From an uncultured delta proteobacterium (GTDB lineage Bacteria; Desulfobacterota; Binatia; UBA9968), in the NCBI GenBank assembly GCA_963840855.1, contig CAWJBB010000003.1:32001-96000 (forward strand): a stretch of DNA of 64,000 nucleotides, given 5' to 3'. The notes under the pieces are model-generated. The model ran no database searches. It saw only the letters and a list, made by a program, of their open reading frames with translations, and was not told where the DNA came from. Each line of letters starts with the position of its first letter. Position 1 is the stretch's first letter. Of this stretch, positions 1 to 11,975 are shown one piece after another. The position numbers were made by a program, and so were the translations under genes.

Positions 1-2515
1 GACCCTTCTGCGTCGCCTTGGAGGCCACCAAATCCACCGCTTCTTCCACGCAGGCCTGCAACCCAAAGGGCTCGCTTTCCAACTCCAGCCGGCGCGACTC
101 GATCTTGGAAAAATCCAAGATGTCGTTGATCAGCGTCAAGAGCGTGTCGCCGCCTGCCCGGATCGTTTCCGCATAGTCGCGCTGGTCGGTGTTTAGATCA
201 GAGTCCAACAAGAGCCCCGTCATGCCGATCACCGCGTTCAGTGGAGTTCTAATCTCGTGGCTCATGTTGGCCAAAAATTCGCTCTTCGCCCGGGTCGCCG
301 CCTCAGCCACCTCCTTGGCGCGCTCCAGCATCACCGCCTGCTCCCGGCTCTTCTCGTAAAGCCGCGCATTATGGATCGCCATGGCCGCCTGGCCGGCAAG
401 AGTTAACAGATAAGAAGTCTCCTCTTCGGTAAAGTCGCGTTCATCGCGGGTGAGAAATACCAGGACTCCGACCGCCTCGCTTTTAATCAAAAGCGGCACT
501 CCGAGATATGAAAAAATGCCATGTTTGCGGTAGAAATCAGCATCGGCAGTGCGCGGATCGCTTTGAACATTCTTGACGAAGACCGGCGTTTTTTCATAAA
601 CCGCCTGTCGAACCAGGATCGGCACGCCGCCTATATCTCTACCCTTCCATTCATCTTCGTCCAGGTTCCAGCAGCCCGCCCGCTCAATCTCGCCGGTTTC
701 AGGATTGGTTAGCCAAACCACGAGCGCGGCGTAGGCCAAGAAGCTCTGGATCTTTTCCATCAGAACCCTTAACACCGACTGAAGCTCCAGCGTCGAGGTG
801 GCGGATGAATTGATTTCATAGAGCGCGGCGATACGCTCCATGTTGCGCTTGAGTTCTTCACCCAGCATCATCTTCTGGATGGCGACGCCAATCTGGTGGC
901 TCATGGCCTCGACCAGCCTTATTTCTTCGGAAGCAATCTTCCTGGGCTTTCGGCTCGCCAACTGCAAAAATCCCAGTGGGCGACTGCCGCTCCGGATGGG
1001 AACGATGAGCGCCGTCTGCGCCTTCTCGCGCTTTAAAGTCCTGAGCCCATCGGCTTGTTGAACATTCTCCACAACTGAACAACTCTCAAAGCGCGTCGCC
1101 GCAATCCTGTGCCTTTTGCCCGATCTCCTCTGTATATTGTCCTTGTCTAGGTAACCGTAGGCGGCCAGCACCTCGATAAGCTCACCGTCCCTCGCCGTAT
1201 GAAGGATGGTTCCCAGGTCAAAGCCGGCAGCGGCCAGACATTTGTCGAGCACTTTCTCTAAACCCGTGCGTGGGTTCTCTTCGGCGAGAATCGTTTGGCT
1301 GACCTCTTGGAGCGCATTAAGCTCATCAAGGCTGGCCCTCAACTCTTCCTCGGCATTCTTGCGCTTGCTGATGTCGAACATCACGCCACGCAGTCGCGCC
1401 GGCTTCCCCGCTTCGTCCTTGATGATCCGCACGATGTCGCGCAGCCAGACCTCGCGGCCATTCGCCGCTACGGCCCGATACTCAAACTCGCGATTCTCCC
1501 GGCCCGCAGTTGCAGTAAGGCATGCCTCCACCGCCGCCGCGCGGTCGTCGGGATGGATGAGACTTACCCAGAACGATGGCTCGTTTACCCAGCGCTCGAC
1601 GGGGTACCCTAGAATGTTTTCAGCCGCCTGGCTGACAAAGGTAAATTGTCCCGTCGCTGCGTCTGCCTCCCATACGATGGCCTGCACGGTTTCGATCAGC
1701 TCGCGCTGCTTCTCTTCAGCTTGACGCAGCGCCTGGTTGGCCGACTCCAGTTGAGCGGTCCGCTCGCCGACGCGCTGTTCCAGTTCTCGGTTGAACGCTT
1801 CGATTTCTCCGCGGCCCTGCAGCAGAGCCTCCGCCATCTGATTGATGGCGGCACCCAATGTACCCAATTCATCGCTTCTGTTCACATCGACTCTTGCGCT
1901 TAAATCGCCGGCGCCGATCTTTTTCGCGGCGGCCACCATGGCCAGAATGGGGCGGCTAGAATTCCGTGCCAGAACAAAGGCCAAAACGGCGCCGATGGCA
2001 AGGCAAATGAGGGTCAGGTATAGATTCGCTCGGGTGCTTTCTTCCACGACTCGGTCGATATTCCCGAGGGTGAACCCGATTGCGACGGCTCCCAGCCATT
2101 GCTGATTCGCCAAACGGACGGGGCCGCCAATTTTTAGAATTTTGCCTTCAGTCCGAGAAACCCAGGCGCTATCCGCCGGGAGCACGACGCTCTTGAGAAA
2201 CGCCTCAGCGTCGCGTTGGGCTGCGGCCGTACCGACACCGCTGAGGATCGCTCCGGACCCGTCGGTCACATAAATGTAGGAAATATCCGGATTGGCTTGA
2301 GCGAGCGTTAATTTACTGTGCAGTTCACGGACCTTCAAGAAATAGAGGTCATCAACGAGGCCCTCAGCGATAATCTGGCCTATGTCGGAAGCTTTTTTTT
2401 CGAAAGTCGTAAGCAGATATTTTTCGCCCTGGTGAATGGAATAGAGCGAGATACTGCCGCCGACCAAGAGAACCAGGCAAAAGGAAAAGGCGATGAGTTT
2501 TCTCTGGATGCTCAA
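1..2515 (-). CDS. Membrane-bound multi-sensor histidine kinase (TM-HAMP-PAS-GAF-GAF-HisKA), runs off the left edge; paralog of 3468-7640
   Basis: Not in the ORF track because it is open-ended. Read manually: TTG start at 2515 ([20 protein letters not shown]), in frame with the H-box [25 protein letters not shown] near 230-290 and [13 protein letters not shown] near 95-135. Confidence 0.9.
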   Translation of the reverse strand, partial: MSIQRKLIAFSFCLVLLVGGSISLYSIHQGEKYLLTTFEKKASDIGQIIAEGLVDDLYFLKVRELHSKLTLAQANPDISYIYVTDGSGAILSGVGTAAAQRDAEAFLKSVVLPADSAWVSRTEGKILKIGGPVRLANQQWLGAVAIGFTLGNIDRVVEESTRANLYLTLICLAIGAVLAFVLARNSSRPILAMVAAAKKIGAGDLSARVDVNRSDELGTLGAAINQMAEALLQGRGEIEAFNRELEQRVGERTAQLESANQALRQAEEKQRELIETVQAIVWEADAATGQFTFVSQAAENILGYPVERWVNEPSFWVSLIHPDDRAAAVEACLTATAGRENREFEYRAVAANGREVWLRDIVRIIKDEAGKPARLRGVMFDISKRKNAEEELRASLDELNALQEVSQTILAEENPRTGLEKVLDKCLAAAGFDLGTILHTARDGELIEVLAAYGYLDKDNIQRRSGKRHRIAATRFESCSVVENVQQADGLRTLKREKAQTALIVPIRSGSRPLGFLQLASRKPRKIASEEIRLVEAMSHQIGVAIQKMMLGEELKRNMERIAALYEINSSATSTLELQSVLRVLMEKIQSFLAYAALVVWLTNPETGEIERAGCWNLDEDEWKGRDIGGVPILVRQAVYEKTPVFVKNVQSDPRTADADFYRKHGIFSYLGVPLLIKSEAVGVLVFLTRDERDFTEEETSYLLTLAGQAAMAIHNARLYEKSREQAVMLERAKEVAEAATRAKSEFLANMSHEIRTPLNAVIGMTGLLLDSDLNTDQRDYAETIRAGGDTLLTLINDILDFSKIESRRLELESEPFGLQACVEEAVDLVASKATQKG

Positions 2516-2517
2516 TT

Positions 2518-3447
2518 TTATTTTGCCACGTCCGCTTCGATGAGTTTCCAGCTCTGCCGCAAGGGAGCCATCAAGGGCGCGGGAATTTCGTCGAATTTCG
2601 TCGTCTTCTCAAATTCATGGAGCGTTTTGTTGCCTTCCGCCGACTGATTCATCCTGATCAGAATGTCTTTGATTCTCGAGGCAAATCGCGGTGGCAGATT
2701 GGCTCGGTGACTTACAATATGGCGCGGAATCGAAAAAGTTCTATGAATGATATGCAGTTGGTCAAGATTTTCCCTGGCCAAATTTGGATAGGCTTGATCA
2801 TCGAGAACTCCCGCGCCGACTTTTCCCCGCAGCACCCATAACATGGTATTTTCGTCGTCGCCGGTGAAGGTGTAGCCGACTTTGCCGTGCGCCACTGCGC
2901 TGGAAGGATCGTCTATATGCATCAGCTTAAATCCCTTTTGCATCAGAACCACCTTGGGCAGAAAAAAAGCAGAAGAAGAATAGGGCGCTTCAAAACCTAG
3001 AACCTTTTGATAGAGATTCTCCAACCGGTCAATGCCGCTGTCTTTTCGCGTGAAGATGACGGAATGGTATTCGCCCACGCCTTTCTTCCAGCGGCGCACC
3101 AGCAACTTGCTTCCGCTGAGATGGCTCACGGCCAGGGAAGGAAAGGGACTATCAATATAAAGGTCGATCTTTGCATTCCTTAAAAGCATTGCCGATTCGC
3201 TCAGGCTGCGACCGACAACGACCTGTCCCTGGGTGATCCCTTCGGCGTGAAGCTCCTTTCCCAGATAGGTTGCCAAAGGCAAAAGAGTTTTGATTTCCTG
3301 GGCCGGCGTATCACTCGTCGAACCGATGTTCAGGGTCCCGGCTATGAGCGCGTGCGGCAACAGCAAAATGGCGAGGAAAATAAGAATCCTTTGCCCTGCG
3401 GATAATCGTCTCGCGATTGCCAATCTCATCTGTAAACAAATCCTCAC
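2518..3447 (-). CDS. PhnD-like phosphate/phosphite/phosphonate periplasmic substrate-binding protein
   Basis: Signal-like hydrophobic N-terminus; [21 protein letters not shown] and IPRHIVSHR segments typical of the phosphonate-binding family. The start may be the ATG at 3429. Confidence 0.8.
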   Translation of the reverse strand: MRICLQMRLAIARRLSAGQRILIFLAILLLPHALIAGTLNIGSTSDTPAQEIKTLLPLATYLGKELHAEGITQGQVVVGRSLSESAMLLRNAKIDLYIDSPFPSLAVSHLSGSKLLVRRWKKGVGEYHSVIFTRKDSGIDRLENLYQKVLGFEAPYSSSAFFLPKVVLMQKGFKLMHIDDPSSAVAHGKVGYTFTGDDENTMLWVLRGKVGAGVLDDQAYPNLARENLDQLHIIHRTFSIPRHIVSHRANLPPRFASRIKDILIRMNQSAEGNKTLHEFEKTTKFDEIPAPLMAPLRQSWKLIEADVAK

Positions 3448-3467
3448 TTGCGGCCACTGAATGACTT

Positions 3468-6400
3468 TTATCGCGTCATAGTGAGAAATACCGCCGCGGC
3501 GGCGGACGGCTTACATCGACTAAGGGCCCCGCTTAGCTCTTCGAGCTTGATCGGTTTACTGACATAGTCATCCATACCTACACCTAGATATTTCTCTTTG
3601 TCGCCCTGCAGCGCATTGGCCGTCAGCGCGATGATCCATGGCCGTTTCTCTCCCTGCCGCTCCCTGATTCTTGTCGTGGCCTCCACGCCGTCCATCTCCG
3701 GCATCTGCACATCCATCAACACGACATCGTAGGTCTGGCGTTCCACTGCCTCCACCGCCTCCGAGCCATTGGACGCCACGTCGGCCCGATACCCCATCCG
3801 ATCTAAAATCTTCAACGCCACCTTCTGGTTCACCACGTTGTCCTCCGCCAATAAAATCCTCAGCGGATGACGCTTCGCCATGTCTTTTTCGATACCTTTC
3901 CGGGCAACTGTTGTTTGCGCAACCCTTTTGCCCAGCACTTTCGACAAGACGTCGAACAGTTGCCACGCTTTGACCGGCTTTGTGAGGAGTCCTGCGAAAA
4001 GATCGCTGCGGATTTTATGGCTCCCCATGGAGGTCAACATAACCAACGGTGTCGCTTTACAATTCGTCAATTCACGAATCTTCGCCGCCAACTCCACCCC
4101 GTCCATTTCCGGCATCTGCATATCCAAAACGATGACGTCAAAACGCTCCCTGTCCCGGAGATATGCCAGCGCCTCTTTTCCCGATGCCGCGCTCTCGACC
4201 TGCATGCCTTGCGATTGCAGCTGGCGCGCCACAATCGTTCGGTTTACTTCCTGGTCATCCACCGAAAGCACTCGCTTGCCGTCAAGCTCGGCGCGCCTTT
4301 CCGTCTCCGTTCGCGCTTCGACTTGTTTACCGACAATGGTGAAATAGAACGTCGAGCCTTTGCCCAAATCGCTCTCCGCCCAAATTTTTCCTCCCATTAA
4401 CTCCACGAGCTGCTTGCATATCGCCAAACCCAACCCCGTCCCGCCATATAGGCGGGTGGTCGAACTATCGACTTGGCTGAACGACTTGAACAAACGATCC
4501 ATGCCGCCGGCCGGAATACCGATGCCCGAGTCCTTTATCGAGAACAATAATTCGACTTCGCCGTCGCTTCGTTGGGCCCCGCTCTTGACCTCCACCAGAA
4601 CCGTGCCCTGGGCTGTAAACTTGACGGCGTTAGTCGTTAGATTAACAATGACCTGGCGCACCCGCGCCAGATCGCCAATCACTCCCCAGGGTACGTCGGC
4701 ATTTACCGAGTAGATCAGCTCCAGCCCTTTCTCGGCCGCCCGCGGAGCCACCAAGTCCATCGCTTCTTCGACGCAATGCGTGATTTCGAATGGCACCTGT
4801 TCGACATCCAGGTGTCCCGACTCGATCTTGGAAAAATCCAGAATGTCGTTGATCAGCTCCAGCAGAGCGTCTCCGCTTTTGCGGATCGTCTCTGCGCATT
4901 CGCGCTGTTCCGCCCGCAGCTCCGAATCCAACAACAATCCCGTCATCCCTATCACCGCGTTCATCGGGGTACGGATCTCGTGACTCATATTCGCCAAGAA
5001 TTCACTTTTTGCACGCGTCGCCGCTTCCGCCACTTCCTTCGATCGGGCAAGTTCTTCTGCTTGCTTGAGACTTTGCTCGTACAGCCGCGCGTTGTGAATC
5101 GCCATAGCCGCCTGACTGCCCAATGTAGCGAAGAAATCTATCTCGGCGTTGCTGAATACGCGCTCTTGTTTGGTAAAAAATCCGATGGTGCCGAGCAGCT
5201 CATTGCCAACGCGAAGGGGCACGCCGACATAGGAAACCAATTGATTGTGATGGATGAACTCAGGATAGCGTATCCTCGGGTCATTGCGGCAGTCTGCAAT
5301 GACGATCGGGCGAATCCCCAGCGCCACGGCCAGCTCATTGCCATCGCCGATCTTTGGATCGATTTCTCTCCAAGCCCTCGCATCGATGTTCCGGCACGCG
5401 ACCGGGGCTAGTAGCCCTGTTTCTCGATCACGGACCCGGAGGGTCGTCGTCAAATCAGGAAACAACTTCTCGACGTTATCCAGAAAGTTATTTACGACTG
5501 AGTCAAAATCGAGGGTTGAGGCTATCGCCGTATTCAACTCATGCAACGCCTCCAATCGTCGCAGGTTTCCCTTGATTTCCTGCGTCAGTCTGGCTTTTTG
5601 CATGGCGATGCCGAATTGATGCGCAACGCTCTCTGCCAGGTGTATCTCAGAGGGAAGAATTTGCCGCGGTTCGCGCACTCCAAGCTGCAAGATCCCCATG
5701 ACTTGATCGGCGCTGCGAATTGGAACAATGAGGAGCGTATTCACGCCCTCTTCTTTCAACGTTTGAAAACCGTCCTTATTCTGCAAGTTCTCGACGACCG
5801 CAGGGCCGTCAAAATGCACACCGCGTCGATTCCGCCGCCCGGTTGATTTTCTTCGCACGCGGTTGGGGTCGCGGTAACCGCAGGCAGCCAGGGCGTCAAT
5901 GACCGCGCCGTCCGGCTCGGTAAAAAGAATAGTTCCAATGTCGAAGCCCGCCTCGGGAACATACCGGTGAAGAATTTTCTCCAACCCTGTCTTGGCATCC
6001 TCCTCCGCCAGGATGGTCCGGCTGAACCTCTGCAGCATTTCCAGGTTCCTGACGCTGTTTCGAAGCGCCTCTTCAGCGTGCATGCGCTCGCTGATTTCCA
6101 CCATCACGCCGAGCAGGCGCCGCGGAATGCCATTTTCGTCTTTAATGACCCGCACGAGATCGCGCAGGCCGACCATTCGGCCGTCTGCCGCCAAGGCCCG
6201 GTATTCAAACTCATGATCCTTTCCTTCCGCCGTCGATGCTTGGCAGTACGCGATGGTGTGTTCCCGGTCATCCGGATGAATGAGGTTTACCCAGAAGTCG
6301 GGTTTCTCCAGCCAATCCTCAATCGGGTAACCTAGTATCTCTTCCGCCGCCTGGCTGACGAAGGAAAATCGCCGGGTTTGCGCATCTGCCTCCCAAACGA

Positions 6401-7640
6401 TGGCTTTGACGGTTTCCATCAGCTGGCGTTGCTTTTGTTCAGCCTCAACCAGCGCTTCCTCGTTAGATTTGCGCTCGGTTATGTCGCGCAGGAACGCCGT
6501 AAAGAAGGGCTCATGATCGGTTTCAACCGCCGTGATTGATAGTTCGACGGGAAACTCCGTGCCGTCGGCGCGCATGGCGTTGAGCTCGATTCGCTTGCCA
6601 AGGACGGTCGCCTCGCGTGTCGCGAGGTATTTGGCAAAACCGCCTTTGTGAAAGTCACGCAAACCCGGTGGGATAATCAAATCCGCCATCACCTTACCCA
6701 AGGCTTCGGACCTGGCATAACCGAAGGTCTCCTCGGCGCTCCGGTTGAATTCAATGATCTTACCCTCGTGATCGAGGGTGACGACACAATCCAAGGCCGT
6801 GTCGACGACCGCCTGTTTGCGCGCCTCGCTCAACTGAAGCGACCGATTGGCGCTTTCGAATTGGGCTGTTCGTTCCGCTACTCGCTGTTCAAGTTCGTTG
6901 TTGAGGGTGTCGACTTCTGCGCGGCTATTGCAAATCGCCGCCGCCATAGAATTGATCGCCTCGCCAAGCCTGCCGAATTCATCGCGCCGGCCACCCGGCG
7001 CCCGCGCCGCGAGGTTACCCGCCTCTATTTGTCGCGCCGTCGCCATGACGGCGACGATGGGATGGGTGAAATTTCGCGCGGTCAAATAGGCGCCCAAACA
7101 ACCAATGACCAGGAGGCAGAACGCCACCAAAGCGCTTTCTTGGGCGAATTCCGCCACCACCCCGTCCAGCGTGTGGCTTGAAAACCCGATGCTGAGGTAA
7201 CCGACAACGGTTAAATTTTTAAGCAGAACCGGACCATCGACGCGCAGAAGAGTTCCCTCGAAAGTAGATTTCCAACCACCCGTTACTGCCTCCCTCGGCA
7301 GATGGATCGCCGCACCGGTACCGTTGGTTTTGTTTGCTTTGTCGACGGCGTGCACGGGTTGCCCCGCACTATCATAAAGCCGCAGGTACCTGACGCTCGG
7401 TTGGGCGAGGGTGACTTTGATGCGATCATCCAGCGCACTGATGTTTCTAAAATAGAGATCCTGGACTAAACCGTCGGCCAAGATTTGCGCCATCCCCCGG
7501 CTTTGCTCTTCGAAAGTTTCCATGACCTTCTCGCGGCCCTCGTACACCGAAAAAAGCGCGATGGCGACGACAACCATAACGACCAGGCAAATCGTCAAAG
7601 TCATCAGTTTTTGGCGAATGTTGAGATGTATGCGGCTCAT
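3468..7640 (-). CDS. Hybrid sensor histidine kinase (TM-HAMP-PAS-PAS-GAF-GAF-HisKA-HATPase-REC-REC)
   Basis: [15 protein letters not shown]-box, NAVKFT N-box, DSGIGI and [10 protein letters not shown]-boxes, two receivers (LDMQMP, MDVQMP). Start moved to the ATG at 7640. Confidence 0.95.
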   Translation of the reverse strand: MSRIHLNIRQKLMTLTICLVVMVVVAIALFSVYEGREKVMETFEEQSRGMAQILADGLVQDLYFRNISALDDRIKVTLAQPSVRYLRLYDSAGQPVHAVDKANKTNGTGAAIHLPREAVTGGWKSTFEGTLLRVDGPVLLKNLTVVGYLSIGFSSHTLDGVVAEFAQESALVAFCLLVIGCLGAYLTARNFTHPIVAVMATARQIEAGNLAARAPGGRRDEFGRLGEAINSMAAAICNSRAEVDTLNNELEQRVAERTAQFESANRSLQLSEARKQAVVDTALDCVVTLDHEGKIIEFNRSAEETFGYARSEALGKVMADLIIPPGLRDFHKGGFAKYLATREATVLGKRIELNAMRADGTEFPVELSITAVETDHEPFFTAFLRDITERKSNEEALVEAEQKQRQLMETVKAIVWEADAQTRRFSFVSQAAEEILGYPIEDWLEKPDFWVNLIHPDDREHTIAYCQASTAEGKDHEFEYRALAADGRMVGLRDLVRVIKDENGIPRRLLGVMVEISERMHAEEALRNSVRNLEMLQRFSRTILAEEDAKTGLEKILHRYVPEAGFDIGTILFTEPDGAVIDALAACGYRDPNRVRRKSTGRRNRRGVHFDGPAVVENLQNKDGFQTLKEEGVNTLLIVPIRSADQVMGILQLGVREPRQILPSEIHLAESVAHQFGIAMQKARLTQEIKGNLRRLEALHELNTAIASTLDFDSVVNNFLDNVEKLFPDLTTTLRVRDRETGLLAPVACRNIDARAWREIDPKIGDGNELAVALGIRPIVIADCRNDPRIRYPEFIHHNQLVSYVGVPLRVGNELLGTIGFFTKQERVFSNAEIDFFATLGSQAAMAIHNARLYEQSLKQAEELARSKEVAEAATRAKSEFLANMSHEIRTPMNAVIGMTGLLLDSELRAEQRECAETIRKSGDALLELINDILDFSKIESGHLDVEQVPFEITHCVEEAMDLVAPRAAEKGLELIYSVNADVPWGVIGDLARVRQVIVNLTTNAVKFTAQGTVLVEVKSGAQRSDGEVELLFSIKDSGIGIPAGGMDRLFKSFSQVDSSTTRLYGGTGLGLAICKQLVELMGGKIWAESDLGKGSTFYFTIVGKQVEARTETERRAELDGKRVLSVDDQEVNRTIVARQLQSQGMQVESAASGKEALAYLRDRERFDVIVLDMQMPEMDGVELAAKIRELTNCKATPLVMLTSMGSHKIRSDLFAGLLTKPVKAWQLFDVLSKVLGKRVAQTTVARKGIEKDMAKRHPLRILLAEDNVVNQKVALKILDRMGYRADVASNGSEAVEAVERQTYDVVLMDVQMPEMDGVEATTRIRERQGEKRPWIIALTANALQGDKEKYLGVGMDDYVSKPIKLEELSGALSRCKPSAAAAVFLTMTR

Positions 7641-7722
7641 TTTGCGACGCCTACCCCCGCCGTGATCCAAGCCCATTGCGCGATTTGGTTCGAGTTTGTC
7701 GGCTCGCTGGTTTTCAACCCTG

Positions 7723-8676
7723 TTACTCCGAAGCTGCGCGCGCGGCGGTCAGGGATGTTATTTTGCCGTCGCATTCGACGCGATTTCTCCCCAACTCTTT
7801 GGCGCGATAAAGCGCCCGGTCGGCGGCGTCTATCAGCGCGCCGGCCTCTCGCATGTTTTCAACCGTCGCCTCGCTGACGCCGGCGCTGGCGGTGATGAGC
7901 AACTGACCCGCCGGGGTAACCACTGGAGTGGCGCTCAGCGCCTTGCGGACTCGTTCCGCTATCTCCGCAGCCGACCGCAAGTCACAGCTAGGCGCCACAG
8001 TGAGAAACTCCTCGCCACCGTAGCGGCCGACCACATCGTACGGCCGTAGGACCGCGTTTATCCGGTGAGCTGACTCTCGCAACACCCGATCACCCACGCT
8101 GTGGCCGTAAGTATCGTTGACCTGTTTAAAGTGATCTAGATCGAAAAGAATTACCCCCACGGGGGTCTTTTCACGCGTGGCGCGGTCGAGTTCGCCGACC
8201 AGTCGTTCGATTATCGCCCCGTGATTCCAAAGTCCGGTCAAACCGTCATGGGTTGCGCGAATCTCGAGCTCGGTCTGCGCAGCCAATAATTCATGCTGCA
8301 AGTCGAGGATGCGCCGCCCCGCGCGCAGGCGCGCTTTTAGTTCCTGCGAGTTAAACGGTTTGGTAATATAGTCATCGGCGCCGGCCTCTATGCCCTGGAC
8401 CAGATCGTTCAACTTGTCCATCGCTGTAAGCAAAATCACATAGACATAAGGCCCGTTCTTGCGCCCGCGCAGTTTGCGACAGATGTCCGGGCCGGTCACC
8501 CCCGGCATTAGCCAATCGAGAATCGCCAGATTGGCAGCCCCGGGCGCCTGCAAGGCAGACCACGCCTGGCCGCCGTCGCAAGCGATCTCGACTTGATAGC
8601 CGAGCTTCTCGAGAGTCGTACGCAACAACATCCGGGTCGTTGCGTCATCGTCTGCGATGAGTATTTTCGTATTCAT
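7723..8676 (-). CDS. Response-regulator diguanylate cyclase (REC-GGDEF)
   Basis: Receiver ILIADDD..LDWLMP..KPF; [14 protein letters not shown] and RPYD-x4-YGGEEF give an intact active site plus an RxxD I-site. Confidence 0.95.
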   Translation of the reverse strand: MNTKILIADDDATTRMLLRTTLEKLGYQVEIACDGGQAWSALQAPGAANLAILDWLMPGVTGPDICRKLRGRKNGPYVYVILLTAMDKLNDLVQGIEAGADDYITKPFNSQELKARLRAGRRILDLQHELLAAQTELEIRATHDGLTGLWNHGAIIERLVGELDRATREKTPVGVILFDLDHFKQVNDTYGHSVGDRVLRESAHRINAVLRPYDVVGRYGGEEFLTVAPSCDLRSAAEIAERVRKALSATPVVTPAGQLLITASAGVSEATVENMREAGALIDAADRALYRAKELGRNRVECDGKITSLTAARAASE

Positions 8677-8792
8677 CTTTGGTCTTCGGGTTCGGGACGG
8701 AAGGTGAGCAGAGCAGCCGATCGTGACTCCTGCTGCCACTCATCGGCGGTATAAAGTCTCAAATAATTTCTCCGTCCCTCGATGCGCCACGG

Positions 8793-9191
8793 CTAGCGTT
8801 CTTGACTGACAAATTCCGCGGGGGAGCTTTTTAACGCTTCCAGCGCAGCCTTCACCTGGATAAACTCGTCCTCGAATCGCTGCACGTCGTCGGCCATTCC
8901 CGCGAAATCACCGCTCCGCCAGTCGAATTCCATTTGCTTGGCCAGAGCCGACAGCTGCATCGCGCCGACATTCGCGCTGCTCGACTTTAAGGTATGGGCC
9001 TCGCGAATCAGGGTATCGGTCTCACCGCCGCCAGCGGCCCCGCGCATTTGCGCTATGCGGTTGGGCGTATCCTCTAGATACACGTCAATCAAGTCGACGA
9101 GAAAATCCTCGCCGTATTCCTCGATCCATTCCCTGGCCTTGTCGCTGATTTCTTTTTCCACGGCGCTTTGTTCCACGACCCCTTCCTCCAT
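8793..9191 (-). CDS. Stand-alone Hpt phosphotransfer protein (HptB-like)
   Basis: AHTLKSSSANVGA Hpt motif in a 132-aa helical protein. Confidence 0.92.
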   Translation of the reverse strand: MEEGVVEQSAVEKEISDKAREWIEEYGEDFLVDLIDVYLEDTPNRIAQMRGAAGGGETDTLIREAHTLKSSSANVGAMQLSALAKQMEFDWRSGDFAGMADDVQRFEDEFIQVKAALEALKSSPAEFVSQER

Positions 9192-9234
9192 GTTTTTTTC
9201 TCATAATCAAACGAAACGCTTGGCGTCTGATCGA

Positions 9235-11109
9235 CTAAGACCGCTGTACGGGATCCTCGACGGGAAGAATAACCGAAAAACGGCTTCCTCTACCGACAAC
9301 GCTGTCGACTTCAACGCGGCCGCCATGTGCGGCGACCAATTTTTTAACGATATAGAGACCCAAGCCCACCCCTTCTTGGCGCTCGCCGATTTCCATGCGC
9401 TGAAATTTTTGAAACAGGTGAGGGAGTTTTTCGGGTTCGATTCCCGGTCCGCTATCGCGCACGGAGATCACCGTGTCGGCATTTCGCCGCTCAACGGTCA
9501 GAGCGATGCGCCCGCCATCGGGGGTAAACTTGAAAGCGTTTTGCAGTAGATTCAAGAAAACCCGCTCCAACGCCAGCTCGTCCCCGTCGAGCATTTCGCC
9601 GGTTGCCTGGTCGGCTTCAAGACGAATCGTGCGCATCTGTGCTTCGCCATCGAACCGCTCAACCAGGCGCTGCAACAACTCGCGCAGCTCGAACCGTCGC
9701 TTGTTAAGCATTAGTTGACCGGCCTCGATGATGGACGCGTCAAGGTAGTTGTTCACCAACGCCTGCAACAGCCGAGCGTCGCTCAGAATCCGCCGGTGAC
9801 ATTTTTTCGCCAGTTCGGGTTCCGTGGTCTCGCTCTGTAGAAGCTCGCTGCAGGAGAGTATGAGACCCACCGGGTTTCGGATGTCATGGGCCAGCATGGC
9901 GGAGAACTCAGCTCTTTGCTGTTGTAATTTTTTTTTCGCCGTGAGATCGCGATACATCGCCATGATGACGGCGGGTTGGTCGTCACGGCCGCGCAGGAAA
10001 CGATACTGCGCCTCCACCGGCACTATTCTACCGTTCGGCCGCATCAACTCGATTTCATGCGACCAGGACCGCATCCTCTGGATGCGCGCGCGGCGTTGCT
10101 CTTCGTCGGCCTTGGAGTACGAAGCCGGGGTCAGGAACTGGCTACAGGATTTGCCAACGACGTCGTCTTGCGAGCGTTCCGACAAATCCTCCAGGGCGCC
10201 GTTCATCGCGACGACCGTGCCGTTCAACGCATAGGTCACGATGCCGACGGCGGCGCTTTCAAATAGGTTGCGATATCGCTCCTCGCTGTCTCTCAGCTTG
10301 CGCGTGCGCAGTTCTAACAACTCTTCCACGCGCAGCAGCGCGCGCTGGCGCGCCGCGGTCTCGCACAGATGCAGCAAATACTCCGGCAGGATTGGTTTCG
10401 GCAGATAGCTGTCCGCGCCTTTACGGATGAGTTCCAGGACGTCGTTGGCGGAGGCGTGGCCGGTCGCGACGATCGCCACTACCGCCGAGCCCGGCTTTTT
10501 AATCGTCTCGAGCAGCCGCGCTCCGCTCATATCGGGTAGCTCATACTCCAAAATGACAATTTGCGGACGCTTGCTGCGAAAACACGCAAGCGCTTCCGCG
10601 CCCGAAGCGGCATGGGTTGCCGCATAACCGTTGACTTTAAATATTTCGAGCAGCGCTTCGGCGTCTTTCAGGTTCGGTTCCACCACCAGCACTTGAGTCA
10701 TGGACTTAGGCTTCACGTTGCCGATCAGATCGCGGGCTATTTGCCGCAAGACGGAAGGTCCGTAGGGAGCCGATAAAAAAGCATCGGCGCCCAATTGCGC
10801 GGTAATCTCCTCAGCATCGGCGCCGGAAAACGTCGCCGACACTACCAGTATCGGAATTTTGTTGAATTCACGGTAAGCGTCGGAGCGCAGCAAGCGGCAA
10901 AAGCGCCACCCGTCGATGCCGGGCATATAGAGGTCCGTCACAACCAGGTCAACGGCGGCATGTTCCGCTAGAAGGGCAAGCGCCGGTTCCGCGCCGACGC
11001 AGGGGATCACATTATATCCGTCCCGCGCGAGAATGCTGGAAGCCAGATGAAGTTGGGCAGGATCGTCATTCACCACTAGAGCTGTCGGCTTTGGGTTCGG
11101 TTGATCCAT
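9235..11109 (-). CDS. Cytoplasmic histidine kinase, REC-REC(degenerate)-PAS-HisKA-HATPase
   Basis: Two receiver-like domains, a PAS domain, LAHDIRNP H-box, NAFKFT, DSGPGI and GVGLGL. Confidence 0.92.
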   Translation of the reverse strand: MDQPNPKPTALVVNDDPAQLHLASSILARDGYNVIPCVGAEPALALLAEHAAVDLVVTDLYMPGIDGWRFCRLLRSDAYREFNKIPILVVSATFSGADAEEITAQLGADAFLSAPYGPSVLRQIARDLIGNVKPKSMTQVLVVEPNLKDAEALLEIFKVNGYAATHAASGAEALACFRSKRPQIVILEYELPDMSGARLLETIKKPGSAVVAIVATGHASANDVLELIRKGADSYLPKPILPEYLLHLCETAARQRALLRVEELLELRTRKLRDSEERYRNLFESAAVGIVTYALNGTVVAMNGALEDLSERSQDDVVGKSCSQFLTPASYSKADEEQRRARIQRMRSWSHEIELMRPNGRIVPVEAQYRFLRGRDDQPAVIMAMYRDLTAKKKLQQQRAEFSAMLAHDIRNPVGLILSCSELLQSETTEPELAKKCHRRILSDARLLQALVNNYLDASIIEAGQLMLNKRRFELRELLQRLVERFDGEAQMRTIRLEADQATGEMLDGDELALERVFLNLLQNAFKFTPDGGRIALTVERRNADTVISVRDSGPGIEPEKLPHLFQKFQRMEIGERQEGVGLGLYIVKKLVAAHGGRVEVDSVVGRGSRFSVILPVEDPVQRS

Positions 11110-11975
11110 AGATTAATGGCTCGCAAACTGCTGTGCCTCGGTCTTTCCGTCTTGAAGCTCGCCCGCAGACGAGGTCGTTCCCAGCGGCGGCGTAGTTCCC
11201 TACGGTTAGATCGGGCGTGGGTGGAAAAGCTTGAGCAATTCGCGCAAATAGAGCGCATGCGCGAATGTACGTGATTAGGAAACTGGGGCTAGTTTGCGAA
11301 AAATTGCTCTAACGCGCCAAACAGGTCGCGCTTTCACATTGCAGCGGCCAAATGTCCGCTATTTTGCGTTGACTCGGTCCTCTTTTTGCCGATGGCAGCA
11401 CAGCGACACTTGCAAACGTGGACGATGCGCCCGCATGTCAGCGGTGAATTGTCTACGTTCGGCTTCGGCAAACTTCATGGATAGGTCCTATGCCCCGTCC
11501 GGCTGGTAACAGGATCCCTTGTCCAGCGTGACCCTTTTGAAAGCGTCGTCGATCCCCGCCTCCTTGAGATCAGTTTTAGCAACCTTTAGACTGGGACATG
11601 GAGACGCAGACATGGCAATGCAAAAACACAATCCTCCTTCCCCGATGAAGTGGGTTACTGAAGCCTCGGGAGATGAGATATCGATTCCCTGGCGTGACAT
11701 GACTTCCATGATTCACCCGAGAGGCTGAGAAGCAAGTCCAATCGATTGCGTTTCAGGCCGTTGGTCCTAGACCCAGGAATCCAGGAATTGTGCCACGCAA
11801 TTTTCCTGATGATTTCGGTTCCCAACCGAGGCATTCGGCATTGGGTTGCCGATAGTGCCAAGATATTGACGGTGATATAGCAGGGTCAATAAACTCGCAG
11901 AGTTCCCTGGGGCTGCTTATACCCGCGAACAGATATTACAATCTTTAAAATAGTGAGACGTCTGCTGTCACCGAA

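Noticed and set aside
8740-8770. Sigma28-like -10 box GCCGATGA upstream of the diguanylate cyclase
   Set aside because: The -35 position reads TTAT rather than TAAA; too weak to call.
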